In this document: positions 34,907 to 45,063 of the stretch, piece after piece
Layout of the letters: the number at the start of each line of letters is the position of its first letter
Position numbering within the stretch: position 1 is the first letter of the stretch
Source: a virus
DNA: 64,000 nt
IMG/VR virus record: IMGVR_UViG_3300042197_004918
Location: 109,818 to 173,817 of that record
Reading direction: 5' to 3' (one strand)
Position numbers and translations under genes: made by a program
The notes under the pieces: generated by a model
What the model saw: the letters and a program-made list of their open reading frames with translations, nothing else
Databases searched by the model: none
Told to the model about the DNA's origin: nothing

Positions 34907-35875
34907 ATGAACACATTAAAAATATTCAGTGGAACCTCTAATCTACCCTTGGCTAAATCTATTGCTGAGAACTTGTCTTTGAAGTTAGGAGACATTTATC
35001 ATCACAATTTTCCAAGTGGAGAGAGTTATTGTCAATTCAAAGAAAGCATTCGTGGAAACGATGTATTTCTGATTCAGGGCATAACCAATCCGGCGAACGA
35101 GAGTCTGATGCAATTGCTTGTCATGGCAGATGCGGCTAGACGTTCAAGTGCTTCACGTATCACCGCAGTTGTTCCTTATTTTGGGTATGCTAGACAAGAC
35201 CGTAAGGACAAAAATCGTGTTCCTATCAGTGCGAAGTTAGTGTTGGATTTAATCGAGGCTGCCGGTATTAACCGAGTGTTGACTATGGACCTCCACAGTC
35301 CTCAAATCTGTGGCTTCACAAATCTGCCGTTTGACCATCTGACGTTTGAACCGGTCCTTTCCAATCACATCAAATTGTGTTTTCCTAACAGAACAAATCT
35401 CGTCATTATGGCTCCCGACGTTGGGGCGGTGAAACGGGCTGAAAAATACGCAGAAACTCTTGGGTGTGAATTCGGATTCATAAGTAAAAAACGTCTCGGT
35501 GATGAATCGGTTGAATTTCAGAGTATTGTCGGCAACGTGTCTGGAAAATCTGTGGTTATCATTGATGATATGACGGAAAGCGCCGGCACTCTGATTCAAG
35601 CCGCTCAAGCGTGTAGGGCAAACGGAGCAGTTGAGATAATTTGCGCCGTGTCACATGGCTGTTTCACGGATGTTGGTCGGCAAAGACTGTGTGAGGCTAT
35701 GCCGCCGGCTGGGCCAGGATTAATTGACGGGTTTATCCACAGCGACTCCGCTGACGTTGTGTGGAAGGAAAAATGCAAGCCATTGGAAATTCAATCTTTA
35801 AGCGTTGACAAGTTATTCGCTTCGGCTATCAACAACATCCATAACAATGAAAGCGTAAGTGAGTTATTCGTATGA
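34907..35875 (+). CDS. prs: ribose-phosphate pyrophosphokinase
   Basis: FPSGE, VPYFGYARQDRK, DLHS.QI, PDVG, IIDDMTESAGT. Confidence 0.95.
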   Translation: MNTLKIFSGTSNLPLAKSIAENLSLKLGDIYHHNFPSGESYCQFKESIRGNDVFLIQGITNPANESLMQLLVMADAARRSSASRITAVVPYFGYARQDRKDKNRVPISAKLVLDLIEAAGINRVLTMDLHSPQICGFTNLPFDHLTFEPVLSNHIKLCFPNRTNLVIMAPDVGAVKRAEKYAETLGCEFGFISKKRLGDESVEFQSIVGNVSGKSVVIIDDMTESAGTLIQAAQACRANGAVEIICAVSHGCFTDVGRQRLCEAMPPAGPGLIDGFIHSDSADVVWKEKCKPLEIQSLSVDKLFASAINNIHNNESVSELFV

Positions 35876-36089
35876 AATACGTATTTTTATACCGTATTGC
35901 CAGGAAAACCCGCGACATATATGGGACGGTTTCTGTTTTTAAGGAAATTGTGGACGGCGACGACATTTTTAGTCGAATGCAAGAAGTGATTGACGAACAC
36001 AACAAAAACACCTTCAATGGGACGTTCGGAGGACTTCCAAAAAAAGCACAATTCTTTCCTATTAAAAGATACGAACCATCATACTGTAT

Positions 36090-36719
36090 ATGATAGAATA
36101 CCCCTCCATAATCAATTCAAGTAAAGCTCCCCGAGAACACTGCGTCGCATTCGACAAGTTGGACGGTTCCAACATCCGTGCCAAGTGGACGCAGAAGCAT
36201 GGCTTTTCTTTATTTGGAACCAGAACACAGCTCATAGACGAAAAGACGGCTTTTTGGGGAGAAGCGGTTACGTTGTTTAAGAGTCATCAATCCGAACCTC
36301 TGGATAAAATCTTTCGTTCCGACAAAGCATATCGTAACGAACGTGAAATCATTGTCTTTGGAGAGTTTGTCGGGGAAAACTCTTTTGCTGGACACCATGA
36401 AACAGAACCTCATAAGGTGGTGGTTTTTGATATATTGGTTGGACATAAAAATCAATCATTTGTCAAACCCCGTCAATTTTTAGATTTTGGTTCAATTGTT
36501 GAGATTCCAAAGGTCATCTATGAGGGAAACCTCAACGAAGACTTGATTGCATCGGTTAGACGCAACGATTTCGGTCTTAAAGAGGGGGTAATTTGCAAAG
36601 GTTCCACCACGCGAGGTGCATATCGTGGAAAAATTTGGATGTGCAAGATTAAGACACAAGAATACCTTGACAAGTTAAAAGGCCGTTTTGGAAAAGATTG
36701 GGAAAAATACGGCGAATAG
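36090..36719 (+). CDS. RNA ligase (Rnl2-like adenylation domain)
   Basis: KLDGSN, FGE, FDI, EGV, KIK nucleotidyltransferase motifs. Confidence 0.8.
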   Translation: MIEYPSIINSSKAPREHCVAFDKLDGSNIRAKWTQKHGFSLFGTRTQLIDEKTAFWGEAVTLFKSHQSEPLDKIFRSDKAYRNEREIIVFGEFVGENSFAGHHETEPHKVVVFDILVGHKNQSFVKPRQFLDFGSIVEIPKVIYEGNLNEDLIASVRRNDFGLKEGVICKGSTTRGAYRGKIWMCKIKTQEYLDKLKGRFGKDWEKYGE

Positions 36720-36725
36720 ATATTT

Positions 36726-36989
36726 ATGATAAGAATGAGATACCTTCTCTATCTTACGGTGGCCGTCCACTTCATCGCCGTGGTGGGAAACCTCGCTTCA
36801 GTTGTTTATTTACTAATCTACAGCCCGTGGTATATATGCTTTCCAGCAATAACCTTCATAGTTGACCTCGGAGTTAATAATTGGAAGTGTCCACTGACCA
36901 TGTTGGAAAATTCAATTCGTATAAAACTCGGTATGCCCGTCATACGTGGGTTTATTGGACATTACTTCTTACCTAAAAAAGACGGTTGA
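36726..36989 (+). CDS. small membrane protein (DUF2784-like)
   Basis: Two TM segments, CPLT.LEN, GFI.HY. Confidence 0.6.
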   Translation: MIRMRYLLYLTVAVHFIAVVGNLASVVYLLIYSPWYICFPAITFIVDLGVNNWKCPLTMLENSIRIKLGMPVIRGFIGHYFLPKKDG

Positions 36990-37702
36990 CATTGTTATAC
37001 TATGTGTTAGACTATTAAGGTGAGTTTGAAACGTTACGATGTAAAGTCTCTTTACAGAGACAAGAACCTTAGACGATACCTTTTATGCGAAGGGACTCGT
37101 GTGTGTATGTTGAGAGAAGACATCGTAGTTTCGATTGAAGTAATTTATCAAATGTATGATAGATTTCAATCAAAAGGATTAAAACTCCCAGACGGATATT
37201 GTTATGAACATTGAATTTCTTAAAGACAGCGTTGAACTCGCCACGTTCGTAGAATCGTGTAGAAAGATTGACGACGTGAATCACGAAAACGAAGAAGACA
37301 GACATTTCTTCGACAGAATCTACCAGGCTCCCGACGGAAAGACTTATTCCGTTGAATGTGTTCTTAGAAAAGGAATTAAGACAAAATCGGAGTTTCGTTC
37401 CCACCGAAGAGATTTCAAACACACCGAACCATATATCGTGTTATTCCATGAGGTTGTGCCAGTTGAAGTAACAGAAACCGTTTGGGAATGTGTAGATTGA
37501 TGAAAAATTACAAACAGACATTGCCAGTGAAGATTTGTGAGGATGATAGAACTCCTCTATGTCAGCATTTGGATGAAATCACCGGGGAGTCCTGTGACAA
37601 ACTTTCGGTTGTGGAGAATTTTATCTCAGAAGGAGAAGAAACCAACCGAATTCACATAATTTTCCTTTGTAATAAACACGCAGACCTTAGACACAAAAAC
37701 TT

Positions 37703-38158
37703 ATGAAAACAGACTTAGCTTTATACATCTTGATGAGAAACGACTTGGCCAGCATGAATGCAGGCCGTTGTATGGCACAGGCCTCTCATGCTTCAAACGC
37801 ATTTATTCACAGATTCGGAAAAAACTCCACCGTGAAGGAGTGGCAGAAACAGACCAATCAGGGATTCGGCACCGCGATTGTTTTGTCGGCTGACGAATTT
37901 CAGATTCGGTTGACCAACCAAAAACTTTTCGAGGCTGGTTTCGCGATTCGAGACTATTTGATTGACCCCGAATACTCTTACATTGTTCAAGATGAATTCA
38001 TTGAACTTATTGCTGAAGATAAACACGTTCTGGAACCAGTCCGCAAGGATGATGGAACGTGGATTGCATGGAGAAAAGAGATGACCTGTTTCTACGCATT
38101 TGGTGACAGAAACAATCCCGTGTTCAAGGAACAATTCTCTGGATTAAAACTCTTTTAG
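37703..38158 (+). CDS. peptidyl-tRNA hydrolase, PTH2 family
   Basis: MRNDL.SMNAGR.MAQASHA, W......G..IVL, C-terminal LKLF. Confidence 0.75.
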   Translation: MKTDLALYILMRNDLASMNAGRCMAQASHASNAFIHRFGKNSTVKEWQKQTNQGFGTAIVLSADEFQIRLTNQKLFEAGFAIRDYLIDPEYSYIVQDEFIELIAEDKHVLEPVRKDDGTWIAWRKEMTCFYAFGDRNNPVFKEQFSGLKLF

Positions 38159-38162
38159 AACC

Positions 38163-38852
38163 ATGCACCCTCAAAGAATATTTTTGATAAGACATGGTGA
38201 AAGCGTCGGCAACGCCAATAAGGAGATTTACAAGACCGTTCCTGATTACGCGGTGAGATTGACCGACCGAGGTATAAACCAAGCCACCGTCGTAGGAAAA
38301 AAACTCTCAGAGATGTTATCGGATCCGTGTGCGGTTTATTACAGCCCGTTTCTTAGAACCATCGAAACCACCAATCACATTCTGGGGGAATTGAAGAAAT
38401 CCTCTCTGGTAGATAAGGAATTTGTTCGAGAAGATGCACGACTAAGAGAACAAGAATGGCACTCGGTTCTTCCTCTATCTGAACATAAAATTCAATACGA
38501 GAAAGACAGGATTTCTTTCGGAGTGTTTCATTATCGGTTCCCGAATGGAGAGAGTCCTGCCGACGTTTATGACCGTGCCGGGTCTTTTGTAGAAAATATG
38601 TATAGGGATTTTGAGGATCCATATTTCCCACAAAATGTGTTGGTTGTCACACATGGTATGACCATGCGGATACTGTTAATGAAACTGTTCAATAAAACCG
38701 TTGAAGAGGTGGATTCTTGGGTAAACCCACCTAACTGCACAGTGTGGGGAATAGACTACGACGAACAGACAGAACGGTTAAATTTTGACTTTTCGACAAT
38801 CAGACGTCGTGAAATAAAACATAGCTACAGACTAAAATTAATTGATTTATGA
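38163..38852 (+). CDS. histidine phosphatase
   Basis: RHGES, SPF.R..ET, LREQ, GES, THG. Confidence 0.93.
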   Translation: MHPQRIFLIRHGESVGNANKEIYKTVPDYAVRLTDRGINQATVVGKKLSEMLSDPCAVYYSPFLRTIETTNHILGELKKSSLVDKEFVREDARLREQEWHSVLPLSEHKIQYEKDRISFGVFHYRFPNGESPADVYDRAGSFVENMYRDFEDPYFPQNVLVVTHGMTMRILLMKLFNKTVEEVDSWVNPPNCTVWGIDYDEQTERLNFDFSTIRRREIKHSYRLKLIDL

Positions 38853-39265
38853 AAAACTGGACACAGATGATTTATGACCTACGGGTTCAAAAAGAGATCC
38901 GAGGGTGGGAAAAGCTCTATTGGGCGATTGACCTTCACGATACGGTCATAACCGGAAAATATAACAAGTTTAACCACGGAGCCACCTTATTTCCTGGTGC
39001 AAAGAAAACCTTGGATTATCTCTACAATAGGAAAGACCATGCGACGATTCTATGGACGTCCAGTTATAGTGAAGCTGCAAACGATGCGCTTTCTCTGTTC
39101 AACCTGAAGTTCAATTATTTCAACGAAAATCCAGAGTGTCCGAACTCGGATTTGTGTGATTTCAACCGGAAATTCTACTTCAATTTCCTATTGGATGACA
39201 AAGCTGGTTTCGACCCACACTCAGATTGGGAAGAGATATACACAGCACTTCTAAAAAATCCTTGA
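38849..39265 (+). CDS. HAD-like hydrolase
   Basis: IDLHDT, WTS, LDDKAGF. Confidence 0.7.
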   Translation: MKNWTQMIYDLRVQKEIRGWEKLYWAIDLHDTVITGKYNKFNHGATLFPGAKKTLDYLYNRKDHATILWTSSYSEAANDALSLFNLKFNYFNENPECPNSDLCDFNRKFYFNFLLDDKAGFDPHSDWEEIYTALLKNP

Positions 39266-39298
39266 TTTACCCCAAGTGTGGTCTATTTATATGGATAG

Positions 39299-40534
39299 AT
39301 GACTACACTAGAAGAAATCCTATTAAGCGAGGGCATTACCTACAAGCCCGGTGACATAATTGTGGGTATGACTAAACGTGACACTTTCAAATCCGTTCAC
39401 TCGGATGCCGTCGAAGGGCATCAACAATTAGTAGATAAACACAGGACTTTTAATACCCGCGATCTCGCTTGGAGATACAATAAAATAACCAAAGAGTTGT
39501 TTTTCTGGGACGCTAACGTGATGTTGAATCTTAAAGAAGCCGTCAAACAATACATTAACGACTTAGGATTCCAAATCTCCGGAGTCAAAAACATTTATAG
39601 TTACGATAGGGATTCTTACGAATTTAAGAAGGCGGGTTATCACTCTCATGGAGGAAGTCATTCGTTTTATGACCCGGATGCCGAGGCTATCGCTGAGGCA
39701 CCAATGGATACGTTTCAGACCATTGGAGACTTTGAAAAAGGCGCATCTTTCCGAGATAGACGTGACAGAGACATCATCAAACATCCCGTTACACTCACCA
39801 AGGTCAAGGATTTCTTCAAAAACACGTCCGTCGATTTCGATTTCTATTTCGTTAACCTGCCCGGTCGCAGACAGTTTGCTGAAAAGGGTTTGGTAAAACA
39901 AGAATTTTTATTTGAACCATATCCGAAGGGATTGGGTATAACTCCGGAACAGTTGAGGAATGGTTCAATTAACGATAATAACATAACAGTGTTCTTCGTC
40001 GGCAACAGTGCTGGTGAAAAGGTTCCAATGACCGCGTGGACGATGGCTCACCGGTTCGGTCACGCAATAAGACGTGAATACGCATTCGTTCAGCTGACTA
40101 ACTGGTTGGAAGGACAATTCGAGGAAGTTCTCAGAGAGTATAATCTCGATAAAGGGAAAACGTCCGGTGGTTATGATTACCGAAACTATGATAGAGACGG
40201 AGGCCCTTCACGTTTACCAGATATTCATAGACTCGTCAAAGCCAGTCTCTTCAACCAAATCGGAACAATGAGAAGTGCCCGTGAAGGAAAAATATCCCGA
40301 TATTTCGAGTTTTACTACGAACTGTTTGCACAGTATCTCAAGGACGGTAAAATCACTCTTAATAGACTCAAACCTCACATACGAAAGAAGTATGGTGCGT
40401 ATGGGAGAGAAGAAATGGCTTACACTAAGCACGTTGAACACGTAAACGAAAGAATACATAGTATAGAACGAGATTTCGGTTACTATGCAGAAGATGCGTT
40501 GGGAGAGCTTGTGGGCAAAGTGTTCATAATGTAA
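39299..40534 (+). CDS. putative virion internal protein, two-domain
   Basis: TATTTAT promoter, LLSE leader, WRYNK..LFFW domain, HRFGH motif. Confidence 0.6.
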   Translation: MTTLEEILLSEGITYKPGDIIVGMTKRDTFKSVHSDAVEGHQQLVDKHRTFNTRDLAWRYNKITKELFFWDANVMLNLKEAVKQYINDLGFQISGVKNIYSYDRDSYEFKKAGYHSHGGSHSFYDPDAEAIAEAPMDTFQTIGDFEKGASFRDRRDRDIIKHPVTLTKVKDFFKNTSVDFDFYFVNLPGRRQFAEKGLVKQEFLFEPYPKGLGITPEQLRNGSINDNNITVFFVGNSAGEKVPMTAWTMAHRFGHAIRREYAFVQLTNWLEGQFEEVLREYNLDKGKTSGGYDYRNYDRDGGPSRLPDIHRLVKASLFNQIGTMRSAREGKISRYFEFYYELFAQYLKDGKITLNRLKPHIRKKYGAYGREEMAYTKHVEHVNERIHSIERDFGYYAEDALGELVGKVFIM

Positions 40535-41661
40535 TGAAGAGTTTCAAACAAATTATTTTTGAGAATATGCCTGTGGCGAAGATAAAACATCTTTACGGAG
40601 CAGTTCCGCTGGATAAATTGATTTCAAAGAAAGCGAAGGAGTTGGTTAATGAGTCAATCCATCCTGCTGATAGATGGGTTGGAGTGGTGGACCATAACGG
40701 TTCGGTTATACTCCCGCCCAATCAAGATGGAGATAGGCAACACTATCATTACGGACTCGAAGGACATTTATATAGATTTTCATACTGGCCACATAAAAAG
40801 GAAGTGAGTTGGTGGAATTTTCCATCCGATGAGGAAGAACTTGCTGTGAAGGTAGAGGATTATCTGATAAGAAAAGGATACCCGGTTGACAGACACGTTG
40901 ACTATACTGGAAGAAAAATACGAGACACGTTGAATGAATCAATGTTTCCCAAAGACTTCGATAGACACTCTCTCGGAAGTTGTATGGCCGCTGCTGCCAT
41001 GGCTACTGACTATCTGTTATCAAAAGGCCGTTCCGATTTCAAAGTAGTTGAGGGTTGGGTTTCTTTGGATCCTAATCAAGAGGAAGAGGATTTCTCCCCT
41101 CACACATGGATACAATTCAATAACGGCAAAATCTTTGACCCAACGAAGAAACAATGGGCCGCGTGGGGATTTGACCCAAATGAAGTCCGGTTTGAAAGTA
41201 TCAAAAAGACCTACACACCAGAAGAATACCAATCGGTTTGCCAACGTCAGCCCGATGATGTCTCCGAGTTTAAGAAAATGGCTGAAGCGACTATGATTAA
41301 CGATGAGATTCCTGAGAAGGTGTATCATGCCACCTATCGTGCTCTGCTCGACGAAATACTTGATGGAGGTATAGTTCCTGGAGGTAAAGACATCCAGAAT
41401 TTCGATTGGTCAGGGAAGTATGTATATCTCGCTGAGACTCCTGAGAATGCAATATCGTTCGTTGAAAATGCCGAGAATGAGAGTATTCCGGAAGAATGGT
41501 TGGATGATATTGTCGTATTGGAAGTGGATATGTCTAAACTAGATTTGACGAATATGGCTCCGGATGAAAACTGGAATCCATCCATTGAAGACGGCGAAGA
41601 GGGATACCGTTCTTTTCAATATAATGGCATTGTGCCACCGGAGGCTATAAGGGTGTTATGA
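40534..41661 (+). CDS. putative virion polyprotein: WRYNK-like, transglutaminase-like and ART-like domains
   Basis: MKSFKQIIFE leader; C..HTW..D; VYHAT..YVYLA..G.VPP. Confidence 0.6.
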   Translation: MKSFKQIIFENMPVAKIKHLYGAVPLDKLISKKAKELVNESIHPADRWVGVVDHNGSVILPPNQDGDRQHYHYGLEGHLYRFSYWPHKKEVSWWNFPSDEEELAVKVEDYLIRKGYPVDRHVDYTGRKIRDTLNESMFPKDFDRHSLGSCMAAAAMATDYLLSKGRSDFKVVEGWVSLDPNQEEEDFSPHTWIQFNNGKIFDPTKKQWAAWGFDPNEVRFESIKKTYTPEEYQSVCQRQPDDVSEFKKMAEATMINDEIPEKVYHATYRALLDEILDGGIVPGGKDIQNFDWSGKYVYLAETPENAISFVENAENESIPEEWLDDIVVLEVDMSKLDLTNMAPDENWNPSIEDGEEGYRSFQYNGIVPPEAIRVL

Positions 41662-43598
41662 TAAAACTCAAAGACATTGTATCTGAATTAGACTATCCGT
41701 TAGCAGGAAAGGAAGACCTTCAATCCTACGGTGGTATGGCCGGATGGAAAGGTAAGATTGTCTATATGTCTCCTGACAAATTTCTTAGACTTGCTGCTCC
41801 TCTCCCCGATTGGGCAATCAACAAGGAAGGTCTAAAGAAGATAGAAGATAGAATGAAAGGTCAACTTCCTCTGGACTTCTGTGTATTGGAAGTCAATATG
41901 AAGACGAGAACGGTGACTGGTCACGAGGGCCGTCATCGTTGTATGGCAGCAAAGAAATTGGGAATTGAAAAGGTTCCTGTGTTGATTTACACCGGAAGCA
42001 GTTTTGACCGCGTTCCGCAGTGGGACCAATCTACTCACGATGATGTAGATAAGGCTGAGTTTAAACCACAATTAAAGGAGTCTACTGATGGAAACCTTAT
42101 CGTTGGTTCAATATCTAAAGATGGGGAGAATAGAATCATATCTTCCGATAAAGTCAAAATGCATCTGGATTTATACAAGTTACATCCGGAATTTGATAGA
42201 AAGAATTGTGAAAGTTGGAGGTATAATAAAGAATTGAAATCGCTGTTTTTCTGGCACAAATTCGTTGAAACAAAGTATTCAGAACCCGTGAAGGAATACT
42301 TGAAAGGTAAGGGGTTTGAAGTGAATAAAGTTACGTCAATAAACGCTTTACCTGATGCTGGTATGAGACCGGGATACGATAAACAAAAGGCCTTATATCA
42401 ATCTCATGGAGCTGTCAGCAAGTTTTATCGGGACCCAGATGGAGAACCAATCGCTGAGTCTGTAGATTCCACATTTAAGATGTATCACGGAGGTTCTCGG
42501 TGGTCATATCTCCCAGACGAAATACAGCCTGGTAAAAAGAATCACTATGAAGCTGGTGTAGGCATCTATTTTACAAATTCATACAACACGGCTAGAAGGT
42601 ATGCTAAGGGCGGTAAGGTGGTTCACTTGGTTGAGATTGACAAACAATTTAAAGATATTGACGATGTAACTGTTCCGGTGGGTAAACTCACAGAGTTTGT
42701 TAAAAATGTCCCGCAACTGACATCGAAGAATGATATTATACGTGACATCAACGCATATGCAACTCGTGTTGGGAAAACCGAGATTCCGTTATCCATATTA
42801 AACAACCTCGTGGTCAATTATCAGGCGGCAAGAGGAAAATCGGGAGTTTACATTGCCAAGTTCTTTTCAGAAAACGGTGCTGATGGACACGTTCAAGAAC
42901 AGAGTGGTGGTGAAATTTGGTTGGTGGTGTTTAATCCAAAGATTCTAAAGTCAGTGAAGGTTGTGAATCCAAAAGAAATCAATTCCGACTCACAGTTTAT
43001 GCTACCCGGCAGTTTAACGGAAGAACGTGATTTAGATTATGACGTCGCTGAGGATTTCATGCGGAGAAGAGATGAAGAATTGATGTATCTATGTCGTGCT
43101 CTCAAAAACAGCGGCGGTAAGGGTAGAGTGACGTGGAAAACTATTCCGGCGACCCTACTGAAACGAGTCTGGCTTCAGTTTGGAAAATACAATAGGATAA
43201 ATTCCAACGATTTAGATAAGATAGCTGACCAAATACTCACCAATATAGCCAGATTGAGAGCTTCCACTGAAATGATGGGCCATGCTCAAATCGGTAAAGA
43301 AGATATTGAGGATGAAACCGGATATGAATTTACAGAGGAAGAGTGGGACGACTGGATGACTTCTTATTTTACAGATTTGAACGGAAGTTGGTTGTTGAGT
43401 GATTATGGATTGCCCAAACTTGAGTCAATCTACCCATTGATTTTTAATGCGAAGACGGATGAGGAAAAATTGTATGCGTGTGATAAGGCGTTAAACGTGA
43501 TTCACCAACGAAACGACTTGGCTTCGATGTTTGTCGAGGGTGGAAGCAAAACCTTGTTGGATGTGGCCCGCCAAGGTGGTTACACAAGTGATACTTGA
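41658..43598 (+). CDS. putative virion polyprotein: ParB-like, WRYNK, ART-like and unknown domains
   Basis: HEGRHR..A...GI..VPV; MYHGG..G.GIYFT..A..YA. Confidence 0.62.
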   Translation: MIKLKDIVSELDYPLAGKEDLQSYGGMAGWKGKIVYMSPDKFLRLAAPLPDWAINKEGLKKIEDRMKGQLPLDFCVLEVNMKTRTVTGHEGRHRCMAAKKLGIEKVPVLIYTGSSFDRVPQWDQSTHDDVDKAEFKPQLKESTDGNLIVGSISKDGENRIISSDKVKMHLDLYKLHPEFDRKNCESWRYNKELKSLFFWHKFVETKYSEPVKEYLKGKGFEVNKVTSINALPDAGMRPGYDKQKALYQSHGAVSKFYRDPDGEPIAESVDSTFKMYHGGSRWSYLPDEIQPGKKNHYEAGVGIYFTNSYNTARRYAKGGKVVHLVEIDKQFKDIDDVTVPVGKLTEFVKNVPQLTSKNDIIRDINAYATRVGKTEIPLSILNNLVVNYQAARGKSGVYIAKFFSENGADGHVQEQSGGEIWLVVFNPKILKSVKVVNPKEINSDSQFMLPGSLTEERDLDYDVAEDFMRRRDEELMYLCRALKNSGGKGRVTWKTIPATLLKRVWLQFGKYNRINSNDLDKIADQILTNIARLRASTEMMGHAQIGKEDIEDETGYEFTEEEWDDWMTSYFTDLNGSWLLSDYGLPKLESIYPLIFNAKTDEEKLYACDKALNVIHQRNDLASMFVEGGSKTLLDVARQGGYTSDT

Positions 43599-43632
43599 CT
43601 TCTAGGAAATTTTTAGTAAACTCTTATAGATT

Positions 43633-45063
43633 ATGTTAATGAAAGATTTATTGTTGGAAGGTATAAAGGAAACCGCTGCGTTGGATTATCTGACGCAGTT
43701 GGTTAAATCTGGCCCATTTAAGGGCAGGGTGTTCCTCGCGGGCGGAGCTGTCCGAGACATGGAACTCGGCAAAGACCCAAAGGATTTAGATGTAGTTGTC
43801 ACCGGAGGAATTGAAGCTGGGATGGAGTTTGCACGATGGGCGACTCGTCAGATGGGGAACTATAAAACGGATTCAAATCCCGTCGTCTTTCCACAATACG
43901 GAACCGCGAAGTTCACTTTACAGGGAATTACCCACAACGGAATTGATTTGAGTGATATAGACATCGAAGCTGTTGCTACCAGAAAAGAAAAATACTCTGA
44001 TGGCAGTCGTAAACCGGAGGTGACTTCTGGCGACTTGGCCGATGACGTAAATCGTAGAGATTTCACGGTCAACAGTCTATTGAAAGACTTGACCACGGGT
44101 GAAATTCTGGATTTGACCGGCAAGGGTAAAGACGACATCCGTAAGGGTATAGTTCAGACTCCCCTTAATCCAGACATAATCTTCACGGAAGACCCGCTTA
44201 GGATTTTGAGGGCCGCTAGATTTGCTATCAAATACGATTGGGATTTGCCATTGTTCATGGTGAGGGCCATGAAACGCAATTCCGCGAAGCTGAAAAACAT
44301 CAGTTTTGAAAGAATCAGAGACGAACTTGATAAGATGTTGCTGACCGGTTCTCCACACCGAGCCATCAAACTTTTGAAAATTACAGGTGTCTTGGAATAC
44401 GTTGTTCCTGAATTTAAGGCAGCCTACAAGATGACCCAAAACATACACCATAAGCACGACGTGTTTGCACATTCTATGGATGTATTAAGTAAAACCAAGC
44501 CTGTTCTTGTTCAACGGTTGATGGGACTTTTCCACGACATCGGTAAAACGGTGACTCGTAGCGTAACTCCTACGGGTGTTCATTTCTATGGCCACGAATA
44601 CGAGGGTGCCAAGATGGTTGCTGAGATAATGAAGAGGATGAAATACCCAAATGAGCTTATTAAGCAAGTTGTCCTTGGAGTCAACAGCCACATGAGGCTC
44701 AAATCTGGTGGACCGGATTCCTTTAAGTTAAGCGATAAGGCTTTGAGAAAGTTCAAGGTTGAGATGGGTGACGAAATAGAGAACATTTTGGATGTTATCC
44801 ACGCCGACAATATCAGTCACAGTGAGGCATCTAGTATGCCGGCTCAAATAGATAATATCAGAGAAAGGTTGTCTAACCTGTCAATCACAGCTGAGAAGCC
44901 AAAACTTCCGATAACCGGTGAGGATTTAAAACTAGCAGGAATTAAGCCAGGACCAATTTACTCTGAAATAATGAGTGCGGTCTTGGAGAAGTGGTATGAG
45001 AATCCGTCTATATCCAAAGAGGAGGCTTTGAACATCGCTAGAGAACTTTCCAAGAAAGTTTAA
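43633..45063 (+). CDS. cca: CCA-adding tRNA nucleotidyltransferase with HD domain
   Basis: GGAVRD, DLD, RRDFTVN, EDPLRILR, ERI.DE, FHDIGK. Confidence 0.92.
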   Translation: MLMKDLLLEGIKETAALDYLTQLVKSGPFKGRVFLAGGAVRDMELGKDPKDLDVVVTGGIEAGMEFARWATRQMGNYKTDSNPVVFPQYGTAKFTLQGITHNGIDLSDIDIEAVATRKEKYSDGSRKPEVTSGDLADDVNRRDFTVNSLLKDLTTGEILDLTGKGKDDIRKGIVQTPLNPDIIFTEDPLRILRAARFAIKYDWDLPLFMVRAMKRNSAKLKNISFERIRDELDKMLLTGSPHRAIKLLKITGVLEYVVPEFKAAYKMTQNIHHKHDVFAHSMDVLSKTKPVLVQRLMGLFHDIGKTVTRSVTPTGVHFYGHEYEGAKMVAEIMKRMKYPNELIKQVVLGVNSHMRLKSGGPDSFKLSDKALRKFKVEMGDEIENILDVIHADNISHSEASSMPAQIDNIRERLSNLSITAEKPKLPITGEDLKLAGIKPGPIYSEIMSAVLEKWYENPSISKEEALNIARELSKKV

